Shown here one piece after another: positions 37,007-50,216 of a stretch of DNA of 64,000 nucleotides. A program made the position numbers and the translations under genes. Under the pieces are notes generated by a model that did no database searches, was not told where the DNA came from, and worked only from the letters and a program-made list of their open reading frames with translations. The stretch is from contig NC_092678.1 of NCBI RefSeq assembly GCF_964355755.1, forward strand, positions 17,935,365 through 17,999,364, in the 5' to 3' direction. The DNA is from Antedon mediterranea (Eukaryota > Animalia > Echinodermata). The first letter of the stretch is position 1. Every line of letters starts with the position of its first letter.

Positions 37007-38439
37007 CTACTATGTATAGGCAAAGAATATATATAACAAGAATGAGTAATCCGCGATTTTCCCTGTAACAGTAATATTGTCCATGTGGTAGGGCGCCGCC
37101 ATAAGTATGGATGTATCTGGGATGTATACAACTTTTTGTGACGGTTTCAATAATCAAAGGCTAGACCACCGGTAGTATTTTCATGATAAAAAATGTTATC
37201 AACTACATGCCAACATCATGTTAAATACTATTTAGATATTTAATTGTTCGTTTTATGCAAGTTATTTAGTAAAAACTGCCGTATAAACAGTTGGCTTTGC
37301 AACCGGGCGCTACGATAGCGTGACCGGGCGTGTTGGTGTTTACGCGTTTTCACGAAGGTTTCTGGTAAAACAAATAAATGTTAATAACATTTAACATTTT
37401 GTCCTATTAATAACATGTATTTTATACTAATTTATATCATAAAAACAATACTTAATTTACCGGGCGTAGAGTAGTACGGCAATGGTAAAGAATAGGCCAT
37501 GCTAACGATTCATTGATTTTTGGTGTTGCTGTGTTAGGCCTTTTTTGTGAACTAACTTAGCATGTTAGTAAATAATTGTCTTTAAAAGTGAATGTACACT
37601 AGTTTGTTAATAAATATGTATTATAAAATAGTTTAAAATTGCAAAAACTATTATCATAATTCTATTTAATGTGACATGTAGAATATCTATTAAATCAAGT
37701 CTTATTTAGTATGTATACATCCGCCCTTATGAGGGCGGGCATCACTCACTGGAGCTCTCTGTTACAAATTTCTCATGCAAAAATCGCGGAATACTCATTC
37801 TTGTGATATATATATTCTTTGGTATAGGACACAGACGATCGATCGACATGACGACAACACAAAACAATTAATTGAATGTGACACAAACTTCGCCGCCAAC
37901 GGTTATCAATTTCCGAAGTTAGTTGCATGCCCGCCGCCCTTAGCCAAATAGCAATAAGCCTCATATAATCAGCATAATTGATTTAAAAAACATAATGTTA
38001 TTATCAATAAGAGGGCTAAAAACGTCCACTGAATAAAAATGAAAAACGCCGCAACAGACTAACAAATATATAATTACTATTAATCTATTTTTTAGTAAAT
38101 AAAAATAGTGTACATAATCAATCAAACAGTTCGATCTTCTTCAACCTTACACATTGATATTTTTAAATTTTTTAATTGATTTTTAATTTAGGCATGGACT
38201 ATACCTATTACTCCGAAAAAAAATAGAATGATAACTTGGAATTTGTGAACACATAGTGGAACACGAACTGAACATTCAGGGGAACACATAGTGAACATAC
38301 AGAGTGACACGTGCGACAGTGTTTTTAATGTGAACACACACTGTGTGGCTGTGTGGCCGGCAATAACAACGTGTTAATATTATGTGTTTACTGTGTGGAA
38401 AACAGTGTTCAACACTGTACACTGGAACACAATGTGTTT

Positions 38440-38790
38440 CACACAGTGAACACGTAGTAGAACATGAACATACAGTGACACATGTGTTTTTTGTGTGAAC
38501 ACATAGTGGAACATGAACACAGTGACACATGTGTTTTTTGTGTGAACACATAGTGGAACATGAACACAGTGACACATGTGTTTTTTGTGTGAACACATAG
38601 TGGAACATGCACACAGTGACACATGTGTTTTTGTGTGAACACATAGTGGAACATGAACATACAGTGACACATGTGTTTTTTGTGTGAACACATAGTGGAA
38701 CATGAACACAGTGACACATGTGTTTTTTGTGTGAACACATAGTGGAACATCAACACAGTGAGACATGTGTTTTTTGTGTGAACACATAGT
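38440..38790. repeat. ~47-bp minisatellite (~7 copies, degenerate copies back to ~38243)
   Basis: Unit GAACACAGTGACACATGTGTTTTTTGTGTGAACACATAGTGGAACAT. Confidence 0.9.
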
Positions 38791-39216
38791 TTTTATGTGG
38801 AATTTTCCTAAGGGTTATCATACCGAATAGTTATGTATATAATTATTCATTTTAGAAGACATCAACATAATAAAAAACATACATGGGATCGTCTCTACTG
38901 CTCTGGTAGGTGCTGCAGTACCGGCTGCCTTGCGTTCGAGAATGTTCTAAGTCAGTTTCTCCATAACTATATCTCACAAACTGACTTCAAATAACGAGAG
39001 GCAAGCTATATGGTTCAACGATTCGATCTTTATTTAATCATCATCAGGAATGACAATTGTATAACTACAGTATAGGCATCCTACTACTAAGCTATGCTAC
39101 TAAGTATGTTAATTAGATATAAACAATTTCATAAGTGTTGTTGCAAAGGATGAAACAAAGCCGACTGACAAATAATATCGTCACGTTTTACCGTTATACA
39201 ATATAACAATAGATAG

Positions 39217-39806
39217 AACTAGGGGGTACTCCGAGAGTACAAACCTCCGCCTACTGTAAAATTCCCCTACAGAAAATGTCCCCGGAAAATATATACAGTA
39301 TATATATTTTTTTAATTTTTTTTATTAGTTCAAGCTAAGTGTAAATAGGCTAACTGTACACTACAAAGCTGTGGATGAGAGTTTGGTATAATGGTTATGT
39401 ATCCAGCCTTGCACTGTTGAGGTCGCTGGTTCAAGTCCCATTGAGTTTTTTTTTTATTATTTTTTTATTTATTTTTGTTGTGGAAATTGATCTTTGACCC
39501 TAAACCCTTCAAAATCTAACCACAATTTTATGATGAGTCATTGATCATCGTGGCTAAGTTTGATGAGAATCGGTTAAAAACTGTGGTCTCTAGGCAGTTA
39601 AAAATTTTTTTGTTAGTTGTGACCTAACCTATAACCTTTTCCCCTCACAATCGAACTCGTCCAACCTTTTAGGGCATAGATCATTGTGGCCAAATTTGGT
39701 GAGAATGGGATGAAAACTGTGGCCTCCAGGCTGTTCACACACACACGTACACCCCAACACACACCTACAGGGGTGAAAACATAACCTCATTGGCGGAGGG
39801 AATAAA
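39217..39806 (-). mobile_element. Helentron-associated non-autonomous element (HINE) carrying an internal tRNA-like module; partial relatives at ~45065-45185 and ~41885-41940
   Basis: Minus strand TTTATTCCCTCCGCC..GAGGTTATGTTTT, (GT)n tract, 3' GGCGGAGG + GTACTC-TCG-GAGTAC hairpin + CTAGTT: the classic sub-TIR plus 3' stem-loop architecture. Confidence 0.75.
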
Positions 39807-40876
39807 CACATAAAATAAAATATTGTTTAAATAGCAATGTTTTGACACACATGGCGTTTCATACGTAAAATAATTAAACTTAAATAAAAAATTAAAATTC
39901 CTAACTGGAACACTAAACATAAAAAATACAATGACTTGAAGAAAGTCCATATCGATATAAAAAATATGCATTATCTTTAAAATAAAATGTTATATGCTTA
40001 TCCACCACCACCTATAAAAACTGCATTAAAAACGAGCAAAAAAAGAAACAAATAAAACCATTAAAACGTAATTATAGCAACACAGAATAAATATAATGAG
40101 ATAAATATGCATTGAATGAATAGTTATTTATAGTTTAAAGACATAAAAAACGGTAAAAAAATGAATATAAGACCATTAATAAACTACTATTAATAACGGC
40201 ATAAAAAGACACTGTACGTCATTTAACGAATAATACATTTTGTAAAGAAATAACTTGTATAAATCACAATAAGATACAAGCTTGTATCTTGAGACCCACA
40301 AAAATGACAGAAACATGAAAATTAAATGTAATAAAAGTAGTTACAGCCATGGATAGTCTTTTCTGGTTGTAACCACCTTCGCTTTGAGAAGCAAAACGCA
40401 TTTTGCCACCGTCATTCAATGTCTGTTTTGACATTTATTTTTGTTAGAAAATCTAATCAATAGCAATACAAATACGTCAATATTCACAGAGAAGAAAAAA
40501 AGAAGGTACATAGACAATGATACAATAATTGTATTAATAACTAGGTTAATGGTGTGTCCAGAGAGAATAATGGACTGATCGCCTAACATAAAAGTTAATT
40601 CTCTCTAAACAACTAACCTGCGAAAAGATAACATTGATTACCTTCAATTAACACTTTTTTTTAGATAGGCCTACATATTATTTAAGATTTTTAAACAATT
40701 TTATTTACTTTATTACGGTATTTATTTGTTACAATGTAATACCAAAGAACTTATAACACAAGAATCTCCTGTTCTTCAATTTGCATTCAAAACACAGTAT
40801 CGGAAGTATAGGGTTAAAAGGTCAAACTGGGCGAAGCCATTTCACAGCATGGAGCAGCGCCCCCTCCAAACTAGGA

Positions 40877-41044
40877 AGTCAATTACTCTACCCCCTAGAG
40901 TATTAGCAGATCCCCTTTATGATTTTGACTTTCTAATTTGATGCGGGTGCCCTACTCCTCAGTCAATTACTCTATCCCCCCTAGAGTATTAGCAGATCCC
41001 CTCTATGATTTTGACTTTCTAATTTGATGCGGGCGCCCTACTCC
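40877..41044. repeat. Two-copy 84-bp tandem duplication
   Basis: agtcaattactcta.ccccctagagtattagcagatcccct...ccctactcc at 40877 and 40961. Confidence 0.9.
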
Positions 41045-41277
41045 GTGGCTCACAATGGCGCCACCCATTAGCTCTATTCTATCCCACAATGCCTTTCGAA
41101 ATTGTTACGCGCTTCGGACGAACAGGAGATTCTTGTGTTATAAGTTTTTTGGTAATACTAAAACTTTTAAAGGAAGACAAATACATTCGGTATTTTGTCA
41201 TCCGGCCATTATAGTACTTCCAGGCCAATTGCTATCCGACTACATGGCCTTTCATACCTGTTGCAATTCGACTACAT

Positions 41278-41478
41278 GGCCTTTCATACCTGTTCCGGCA
41301 CGGTTGGTTCCGGTCCGGCGAATCGAATGTGTCAATGTTTCGTTTTCACGACGCTCATGATCCAGGCGGCTATGCGCCAATCGATATGCGCGTAGCCGCG
41401 TAAAATTGAAACATTGTGGTTCGAATCGATTTACCGGCGCTGGACCCGGAACCGTGCTGGAACAGGTGTGAAAGAGCC
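41278..41478. mobile_element. ~200-bp hairpin MITE (Harbinger-like); shorter relative at ~42292-42376
   Basis: GGCCTTTCATACCTGTTCCGGCACGGTT / AACCGTGCTGGAACAGGTGTGAAAGAGCC. Confidence 0.7.
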
Positions 41479-42439
41479 TTAACACATTTAAGCAGTAATA
41501 TCAACTATTATTGTTAGGCCATTCCTGTATTAGATAGGAGCCTTAATTATCTCTTAGATCTTAGCTAAAACCAAACATCTCGTGGTATGATAAGGTATCT
41601 ACGTTGGTCTTAAACAGAAGAGATCCCAAAAGGTGGGAATTAACGCTTAAAGGGGACATTAGCTCTACAGAGAAACCTGGTTTCCATCAGAGACAATAGG
41701 CCTACGTCTCATATACAATAATAATGGATTCGTCATAGAATTGGAAGTCAAATGGCTGGCTGGTCAATGGATGTGTGGCAAATGTTCGGGTGGCAAATAC
41801 CATTGACAGGTGGCAACAGGCTTCAAGGGAGAAAATGCCGGGTGGCTTAAGGCCGGGTGGCAACGTCCGTTTTGACGCATTCGTCAAACAAACACACAGA
41901 CAGATTAACAAACCAGAATGATTGCATAATCTCCTTGTCGGACCTACAGGATGCAAGTCACGTTACAGAATTAACATAACATTTTAACATTCTATAATAT
42001 GTGAATAATTTCTTAAGGAATTGGTAATGGATTCAAAACATCGAATACGCATTGAAATTCTCTTCTGCTATGCCATTCGCGGTATCGTGTGAATTGACCC
42101 TTAGGGGAGAAGGAAACATAGGGTAATTTGAAAAGTTTATTGTATCCATTCATTATGTTAGCACCTTATGCTTATTCATGCAAAGGACGCTTTATAAATA
42201 CCGTTATTACTTATAATGGTCCTATATTTTCTATAACAAGTTGGTGTCATGGGCAAATTATCACTAGCTTGTGGGTAGGCCACCGACTAAAGGCGGGTCT
42301 TTCACACCTAGCCTGCTCCGGCACGGTTCCGATTTTCCTGCGCTGGACCGGAACCGTGCCGGGTGAAAGATCCCCTTACACCGGCAAATAACAATCTCAG
42401 ACCCCTTTTCAGACTCGACTGTTATTGCGAAACTGATGA

Positions 42440-43362
42440 TTACGGAATATAACAGTATACACCAGATTGTTTTGTAGATTTGTTCGGATATATACCAAAA
42501 TCATTAACTCGGACAGCATTACTACAGGCCCTTGGGGTTGTTATCGGAAATTGTAGTTTTCCGCTTGTGACCCACCCATAGTTGCAACAGTCATAATCAT
42601 TTTCCCATGCCTGATAAAGTTCGTCCTCCGTTGCCATTCGGCCGCCGTGGTCTATACACATTGCCTCTCCGTCGAAAAAATTTAACGTGTAGCGAGTAAC
42701 CCCTTCCCCGTAGATAACACGGTGCGCGGGTAATGGATCGATGTATGAGGTCGTCTGGTTTGTGGGAGGAACGTTACAAAAGGCGAACAGCTCACGCGTT
42801 GAGTCTCTGAAAAAAACATTATTACTTCCTGGGTATTGCCAGAAATTAGCACTGGCAAGCGACCCTTGGCTACACGCGACACCTGCCAACAGATATGAGA
42901 GCCAAGCAAATTCACAAAGATTGGCACCTGAGGAAACTGAGCTATTCTTCACCTCTTGTGGTGTCGCCAGTCTGCCGTTGAAAGTGTAGTTACAACACTT
43001 ATCTGCATCATGTCCTGTTAACTTGACGTCATTACTATCTGTCAGTCGAATAATCCGTTGGTTTTCTGGTAAGTAATCGAATGAGGTTGTCACAGATTTG
43101 TGACAATAAACGCCACTGCGATACGGCTTGCAAGGGAAGACATTACTGCGTGTCCCAGGTGACCTTAACGTACACGGATTTGTTAGTTCCGTAAATGCAA
43201 TTTCACCACTGATAAGCCAGCCGTGAGCGCAATCGTGTTCGCCCCCAAGTCGATACTCATCGAACAATTGTTCATAAGAAGCGATTGAGCCTAAATGGAA
43301 ACTGCATACATTACGAACAAACTCATAGTTCTCGTCTAGTGGCACAAAAAACAGATCGTCAC
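42440..43362 (-). CDS. PAN/Apple + triple Link-module protein, exon 3 (three Link/Xlink modules)
   Basis: tttAG acceptor, phase 1, in frame with ORF 42440-43345. Three repeats of C...G.(L/I/M)A(T/S)..(Q/E)(L/V)......C..(G/A)W......C...(VY/AF)C. The third (YTLNFFDGEAMCIDHGGRMATEDELYQAWENDYDCCNYGWVTSGKLQFPITTPRAC...GVYCY) is a near-canonical Link module. Confidence 0.85.
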
Positions 43363-43665
43363 CTAAATTAACAAAAAATACCCTTTGTTCAAGACAAATA
43401 CATTTAAATTATGGTTATTTTTTAAAAAATAAGGAGAATCAATCAAGATGAGTCCATTTCAATTCACTTGATATTTTAGATGGCTTTCGTGTAGGACTAA
43501 AGTCGGATTTCGAATGCAATTGAAGACGAGACAGAAACTGAAAGTTATTGAAATTAAGCGATATGTCTTTTTGTTGTATAATATGTGTTGATGCATTGAT
43601 TATTAGTTGTGTACTAAACTTTGATGATGGTAACTTTTGTTTTGAAATGTTATTTTATTACTTAC

Positions 43666-43690
43666 ATTTTGAAATCTCATCATCAAAGAT
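43666..43690 (-). CDS. PAN/Link protein, exon 2 (25-nt micro-exon)
   Basis: tttttcAG|IFDDEISK(T)|GTAAGT. Converts phase 0 of exon 1 to the phase 1 needed by exon 3 (T+GT = Cys). Confidence 0.8.
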
Positions 43691-43999
43691 CTGAAAAAAA
43701 AAACAAGAAAATAGTCATATAATAAACAGAGTAATCCATATATTAACAAAAAAAAATGGAAGTTCCACCATCTTGAAACATACAGTACTCATTTAAAAAC
43801 AGTGACAGCTTTTACCTATATAATCGCTTGTTTTGTTAGTACAGATTTGAAACAAGGAAGGTAACAGAAACGAAGATAAAGATATATCACATATCAATTA
43901 AAATGTTTTAAGAAGATACTCAACATTGGTGTGTGTTATGAAATTGTGTTGATATATTAAGCATAACCAATAATGAGAAGGAAATCTGCAAAAGTTATA

Positions 44000-44230
44000 A
44001 CAAGGCGATGGGAATGGATTGGGGTCGTGTTGAAGACTGGTAGAAGCATTCTCTTAGCGCATGGTGGCCAGAAGTCAGGGAGAAAATAAGTCTAAAACAG
44101 CGTGGAGGCCGACAGTGGAAAAGGAGAGAATGGGACGAAGCAAAGCTGGCTATTAAAGACTCTGGTTCACTAGAGACAGAAAAACGTACAGCCTTGTGGG
44201 CCCAAGGCGCCCGAAGAGAGGTATGTAGGT
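44000..44230 (+). mobile_element. RTE-like LINE 3' fragment in intron 1 of the PAN/Link gene
   Basis: Decayed W.W.G.VL, L.W.PE, KT(A)WR.TVEKE, WDEAK, ALWA.. motifs of the RTE C-terminus. Confidence 0.55.
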
Positions 44231-44484
44231 TGTTTGGGCAACCTCCGTTGCCGTATGGATCCATTTCGTGTACTACGTCACATATTCTGTGTGTAACTTT
44301 ACATCAATACTGTACGTGATAGGCCTACCGATATTCGATGAGTTTCGACGTACCGTTTGTTTAAAATCAACAGTTAGAGGCAAGCACCCAAGAGTTATGA
44401 ATTAACCTAAATTACATATATGGAAATAAAACCACCTAATATGGGTCTGCTGTACATGAAGTAAAAAGTATAAATCTAGCTTAC

Positions 44485-44766
44485 CTTTTCCATATAATCG
44501 TACGACGAATTGATAATCAACAATTCTCCGTTTGTTCCTGGCGTTATCTTATTAAGTTGACAAAGACCATCCTGATGGTAGTTTACCGACAAGCAGTAGG
44601 CTCTTCTTGAACACGAAAGCAGGCAATGAACACGATTGGGGGCGGTTACTTCCAAGCTCCAACCAGGTAAAAAACGTTGAGAAAAAATAACAAATTTACC
44701 CGACATAACAAGTGAAACATTCATTTGAATATAACAGATACAGAGAACTGATCTATAAAATCTCAT
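44485..44766 (-). CDS. PAN/Link protein, exon 1 (possible signal peptide + PAN/Apple domain)
   Basis: MRFYRSVLCICYIQMNVSLVMSG...HCLLSCSRRAYCLSVNYHQDGLCQLN...YDYMEK|GTAAGC. C..C.....C.S.NY.....C.LN is the PAN_1 pattern. Confidence 0.8.
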
Positions 44767-46329
44767 GTTTAAGAAATTGGTGTGTTGCTTTACTGTGAAC
44801 TATTCTTGTTTATGGTTGATGGTTTAATATAACTAGCCTTAACCAAACTCAGTAAGATCATTTTATACATGTTCAACATTGGGATAAACTCATTAATACA
44901 CAGTAGGTTGCCATAGAAAAAACAGTTATTGATCATTAATCCTTTGTAATTGACCAATTGGATTGAATCTTGGTGATTGCATGTACCACAATGTACCGCA
45001 TATTGTGTATAACTTATTTTCGCGATTCAATATTAAAAGCACTTTGGACGTGGTTAACAATACCTTTTTTACCTCCGCCAAGGAGGTATATGTAATCGAT
45101 CGCGTGTGTTTTTTTGTTTGTCTGTTTGTTTGTCTGTTTGTTTGTTTTACTCAAAAAGTAATTACAAGATCTTTACCAAACTGAAGGTATAGATAGATAT
45201 GTGGTCAAGGACCATTCCATGACATTGTTGGACCACTTAGGACCACGGTACCAATTCTGTACCACTTTTTAGTATACCTTTCAGACCTGCTAGTGTTATA
45301 AGATAGGGCAGTATTTTTCAAAAGCAGGCGAGCAGTCTTAAAGCTCAGGTACAGGCATGAATTTTAAATATAATATTTAGTTAATTGTACATAAATCAAA
45401 TACAAATTTTGGCAAAACTCTTCCATTAAAACCAAGAAGACTTTTTTTCAGTAGTTAGGTATGAGAAAGAGAAAACTGAAGAAAAGTAAAAATTACATAA
45501 ATGGCATTACTATAATAATATGAATATAAAATAAGTAATAGAAGAGTATTTACACATTTTTATAGAAAACCTAAGCATTATATAATGTTGTTAAATGTTT
45601 TTTTATACTTCGATGGAAATGAAATTAACTTAAAGATGTATTGTCCCCCAAAAACATGAAAAATGACGATTAATTTATTCATACTTTTAATATGTTATTT
45701 TGTAGTTTTAATAAAGTTAATCACTTCCGTAGAAAATAAAACGAAAAAAAAACAGATACTGGTTAAATTTAACCAAAAACCCACTGACAATTTGTTTGAT
45801 TTAAATTACAGTTTTTTCAGGTAAATGCATTTTTTTTTAAATCCAATTTTTTTTGTCAAAGTGGATAACTATTATGTTACATTAAAATGGCATATTCACC
45901 AAAAAATTGTGTTAATAATTATTTTTTCAGGGGGCCATCTTTAAAATTGACTGGGAGTTTATTACAGAGTTTGTTGCCTTGGTATGTTATATTGGGTTGA
46001 GATAGAGTGGTAGAACATAAGGGGATCGAGAGATTAAACGGGTCATTAAATCGAGTGTTAAATAATAATAACAATGATGATAGTATAATAATTATGATGA
46101 GGTAATCTAGAATAAAATAAACCGGAAATAAATTTAAGCCCATGCAACTCGCACTCAATATTAAAAACATCTAAAAGCAACAATTGCTAAAACAAAGGTA
46201 TATTACAATTCTCTTCGGGAGTAGTTTTACTTGATTCAACCTTTTTGTCATTGTTATTTTTTATTTGTATGTAATATTTTGATAATTGAATGTTTATTTG
46301 TATTTTTATGAATATAAAGGCAAATCACT

Positions 46330-46478
46330 GAAAAAATGACAATGCTGTGGGTATCAGTGTCTGGATCTAAATGGTGATACAAAAAAAAACCCCGAAAAGC
46401 TAACTCAAAACGATAAAGTAAAACAGCCAGAAAAGTTAGCAGAGCTTTCGGGGGAAACATTAGCCCTTTCCTCAAGTG
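46330..46478 (-). mobile_element. Possible Penelope-like element 3' remnant with a minimal hammerhead-like core
   Basis: Minus strand CTTGAGGA-AAGGG(CTAATGTTT)CCCCC-GAAA-GCTC followed by T-rich GTTAG...GTATCACC. Confidence 0.35.
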
Positions 46479-46933
46479 TATTTTATATATATTATATTTT
46501 TTAATTTCAGCCTCGACTATCTAGCTATTTTTGAATGAATAGATAATTATGATGGAAGTCGGAATAAAGTATTGGTATAACGCTTTCGTTCGTGAGGATT
46601 AATCTGACCTCTCTCATAAACTGGTGCATCATACACTATTATTGATAATAGAAATGAAATTTAAAAAATAACCAACCCAACTAAGTGGAAATACAATTTG
46701 AAAAATCAATACATGAACCGATAAAGAGCAAGAAAAAGTGGATTAAAAAACTAATAGTCTTTACAATTTCTTAAATATTTTTTTGATCGAGATGTTTAGA
46801 CGCGTTGTCATGATTGTCGTGATAATTTTAGGAACTATTTTTTTTACAACGCGATTTGGTGTCTTTTGCATTTTTAAATAGATCTTGAGCTTTTGCTTAT
46901 TACTATTTATAATATGAATTCAGTTCATGCATA

Positions 46934-47448
46934 GAGAATAATTGAGAAACGGTTGTTTGTTAAACACAGTCATCTAGGCCTATATCTGAACTCAAGTTAT
47001 ATTTTTATAATTCAATAAAAGCAATCTAACAACAGGGTGCTGAGCATCATGTGGTTTATCTGTGGCCGCGACAGTACAGTAATGTTGTTAATTGTCGCAA
47101 TCAGACATAGATCAAAAGACTGTTTAGATAGGTCTTGTGCTTTTGATTAGTTAGTCCAACGTTTATGTAAGAAATATGAATTGAGAGAATAATTAAGAAA
47201 CCGTTTTTAGCTCTGTTAAACACAGTCACAAATCAGCAAGCTTTTAACTTGTGCCCAAACGACATCAGATATATCTGAACTCAAGTTATATTTTACAATT
47301 CAATCAAGGCAATCTAACAAGAGGATGCTGAGCTCCAGAGATCAAAGGGATTGTCTGTGGCTGCGGCACTCTCGTTCCATGCCACGGAGAATTTGTGACA
47401 GTACAGTAATGTTGTTAATTGTCAGACTTAAGATCAACAGACCGTTAC
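46934..47448. repeat. Older two-copy ~250-bp direct duplication
   Basis: gagaataatt.agaaac...tatatctgaactcaagttatatttt...gcaatctaacaa...gacagtacagtaatgttgttaattgtc at ~46934 and ~47184, with indels. Confidence 0.75.
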
Positions 47449-49739
47449 GAGTTTCTATCTTGACAAGGCGAGCTCGGTGTCTTGTTGTTTGCCTTGATTC
47501 AACGAAACTCAACGCAACTCAACGTCGACTGCTGCCGCGGCGGCGTAGCTTAACTTCCGTGCCTCAAAAGGCCACTAGTCCTACACCATGTTCGAGGTGC
47601 TATACCAAGATAGTCATCTGGTTGGGCCTACGGGGAAAATAGTCATACACCATGCTGTCTACACGCGGCATGGGGTGGCGGCAGTACACCTTCCGGGCGG
47701 CATTATTTTTTTTCCTATCCAATTAAGGCAGAAATCATAAATAATTCATTACCTTAATTATTTTCTATTATAAAGAATTGCAAGATAGCTGCTCTTAGGT
47801 TAAAGCCTTTACCACTAGACCAAACATTTTGGGTGGCAAAACGCTGTTTACACAAATTATTTAAACTCTCTGCATCAGAGCCATATACTGTACATGGCTC
47901 TGCTCTGTATGCTTATATAGCGCCCTCTATAATATACCATATTATGTCATAATTATTCTATTAAATTATTCATGATTTTTGCCTTAATTTCATAAGGAAA
48001 CATGTAATGCTTCCGGGCACCAATGACAATAATCGGACAATCAACAAATAACGACCGTTTTGAGTAGCTGAACCCAAAATTTGGAATAATTTACCTCTAA
48101 TACTAATATGCCTATATATAAAGTGCCGCTGATTAGGATTTAGTGTTTATCAATAGAGGAGCTGTTCTCGTTTAGTTAGTTACTCGGATACTGTATACGT
48201 TGCTTTAATAGAAACAAAACTTTCGAGAAAAATAACTAAGCATGCGCCTAATGGGACTTCGGGTGTGGTTGGAATTACTTTGGGCGTGTGGATACGCCTT
48301 CGTCTCCTGCAAATTAGCAAATTATGGAAGGCGTGGTCAGTGACCGGCCTCGTCATAGATTAATTACATGGATTGGTCAAATCCGTTGTCCACATTTCGT
48401 AAAGAAAATTCCTGAACTTTTTGACGTTTTTCTAACATAAATGCATTATGTACTTTTAAAACATTAAATCAACTCATTCCTTGTTTTGTGTACGTTCTAT
48501 TTTTAATTGTGAAAAAAAGAAATCAATGCACAGGTCTGTCTCCAATTAAAGACTCCTTCCAATTATTTGATATTTTTACTTTTATTGTTTAATTTGCTAA
48601 TTAGATATTATTTAAAGGGTAATGTGTTTAAGAGCTTTGGCTCGTTGCATAACCTATTTTGGATCAATCACCATGTTTTTCCGTTCTTGTAAAAGAACTA
48701 CTGCATATCTGATGAACAAAATAAATGGTACGTCTAGTACCGCGAATAACTAAAAAAAAAAGACCAAACTGAACATTTGTCTTCCAATTAAAGACCACTT
48801 TAAATTGAACCTTTGAATTTTTAGTTCCGGTCTTTAGTTGGAGATAAATGATGATGGACTCTAACACCTCAAAAGTTCTCTCCAAACTTTACCACTTGCT
48901 AGAACCTAAACAAGAAAACGGGAAGTTGAAAATATCGATAGAGTTGTTCATTTGGTATTTTAACAAACTGCAATGCCGCCCTCTTGTGATTACGGCCTTA
49001 ATATAAAGGGAACTTTACATGTTTTAAGCTTACACTTACCAACAAATTAAAGTAGAAAAAAAAACACTAACACATAATGGCATTATTCTGGTAGAAATAG
49101 TTATAGATATCATTACATGATGAGTATAATGTTTGAAAATGCAATCCAAATGTTACGGATAAAATAAGAATATATTTAGACTGGAACCTTAAAAAGAAAG
49201 AGTGAGACATTAAACAAATAGAAACTAAACTATTTATTATCCCTTAGACCAATAGCTCATGGGTCACTTTATGTATATTCATTGCAATCAATGGGTATGT
49301 ACTATTTTCGTACCCTCCTAAAGCTCTGTTTACACTATCTAACTTTATGTGACAACACATGTGATGTGCCCATATATGGATATGATGATGTCAGCATATC
49401 ACTACCATTTTTTAAGCATATCACTACCATATTTAGACACATCTCACTTTTTTTGTCAAACTAGTTTGATAGTGTGGACAGAACGTAAGCAATATCGACG
49501 AGGTGCTACATTCCTGATTCTTTTATCATAGTAGGGCGGTTTAAGGGAGCCTAATTGATCGTTTTATTTATGGTCATTTTAAAAATCAAGAGAAGTGAAT
49601 TCTCTTGTACATGCTTAGTCACTCAAGGCTAATAGAATTATATTATGAATAAAAGAATTTAAAGTAGCTTTTACATAATAGAAGGTGAAAACAAAACAAT
49701 AATATACTGTACTTTATACATTGTAAGTAGTGGCTTTTG

Positions 49740-49991
49740 ACGATCACTGTGGTGGGCGGAATTACAGAGCTGAGTTGGCTTTAATTGACCAATTAGAATA
49801 TAGGATCACATTGCCTAAGTTTGATTGGCTTAAAAAATTGGTAGGTAAATCCTGTTAGAGGAAAGAACGTTTAGTTAGTAGCTGAATGCCAGATCATAAG
49901 TAGGTGAACTGAGATTTTGTATTGAAAGGAATATTTGTATTGCAGTTTATTTATAAAATAACTTACCTCAAGACGGAATTTTAAATATATG
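49740..49991 (+). promoter_or_regulatory. Probable promoter and non-coding exon 1 of the Ig receptor gene
   Basis: GC box GGGCGG (~49754), several CCAAT/ATTGG boxes (49788-49840), donor G|GTGAGT at 49992 and acceptor tttgtAG at 50191-50192, 24 nt before the ATG. Confidence 0.55.
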
Positions 49992-50216
49992 GTGAGTTTT
50001 AAAGTCAAGCATTCCGGTACCGATTGAGTTTAATATTATCGCTGTAGGCCTATGTTTTAGGCCATTTTGTACTCTGAAATCTGAGGGTAGCACACACCTG
50101 CTCATTAGCTGCCCTGTTTAAACCAAACCTCTCTGGTCTGGTTTACATTCTGTGCGAGTCTCGCCAATGGGACACTCTTTAACTATTTGTAGCATACATT
50201 GGATATATTAACTACC

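Noticed and set aside
38276-38787. Cys/His-rich ORFs resembling metallothionein or zinc fingers
   Set aside because: All three minus frames give the same permuted peptide from a 47-bp CA/TG-rich minisatellite.
48240-48400. Possible additional promoter (GGGCGTG, ATTGG boxes)
   Set aside because: No exon or donor could be linked to it with confidence; short motifs alone are insufficient.
50199-50216. ORF-track start of the Ig receptor at 50199
   Set aside because: It is a TTG. The ATG at 50217 has a strong Kozak context and directly precedes the signal peptide.
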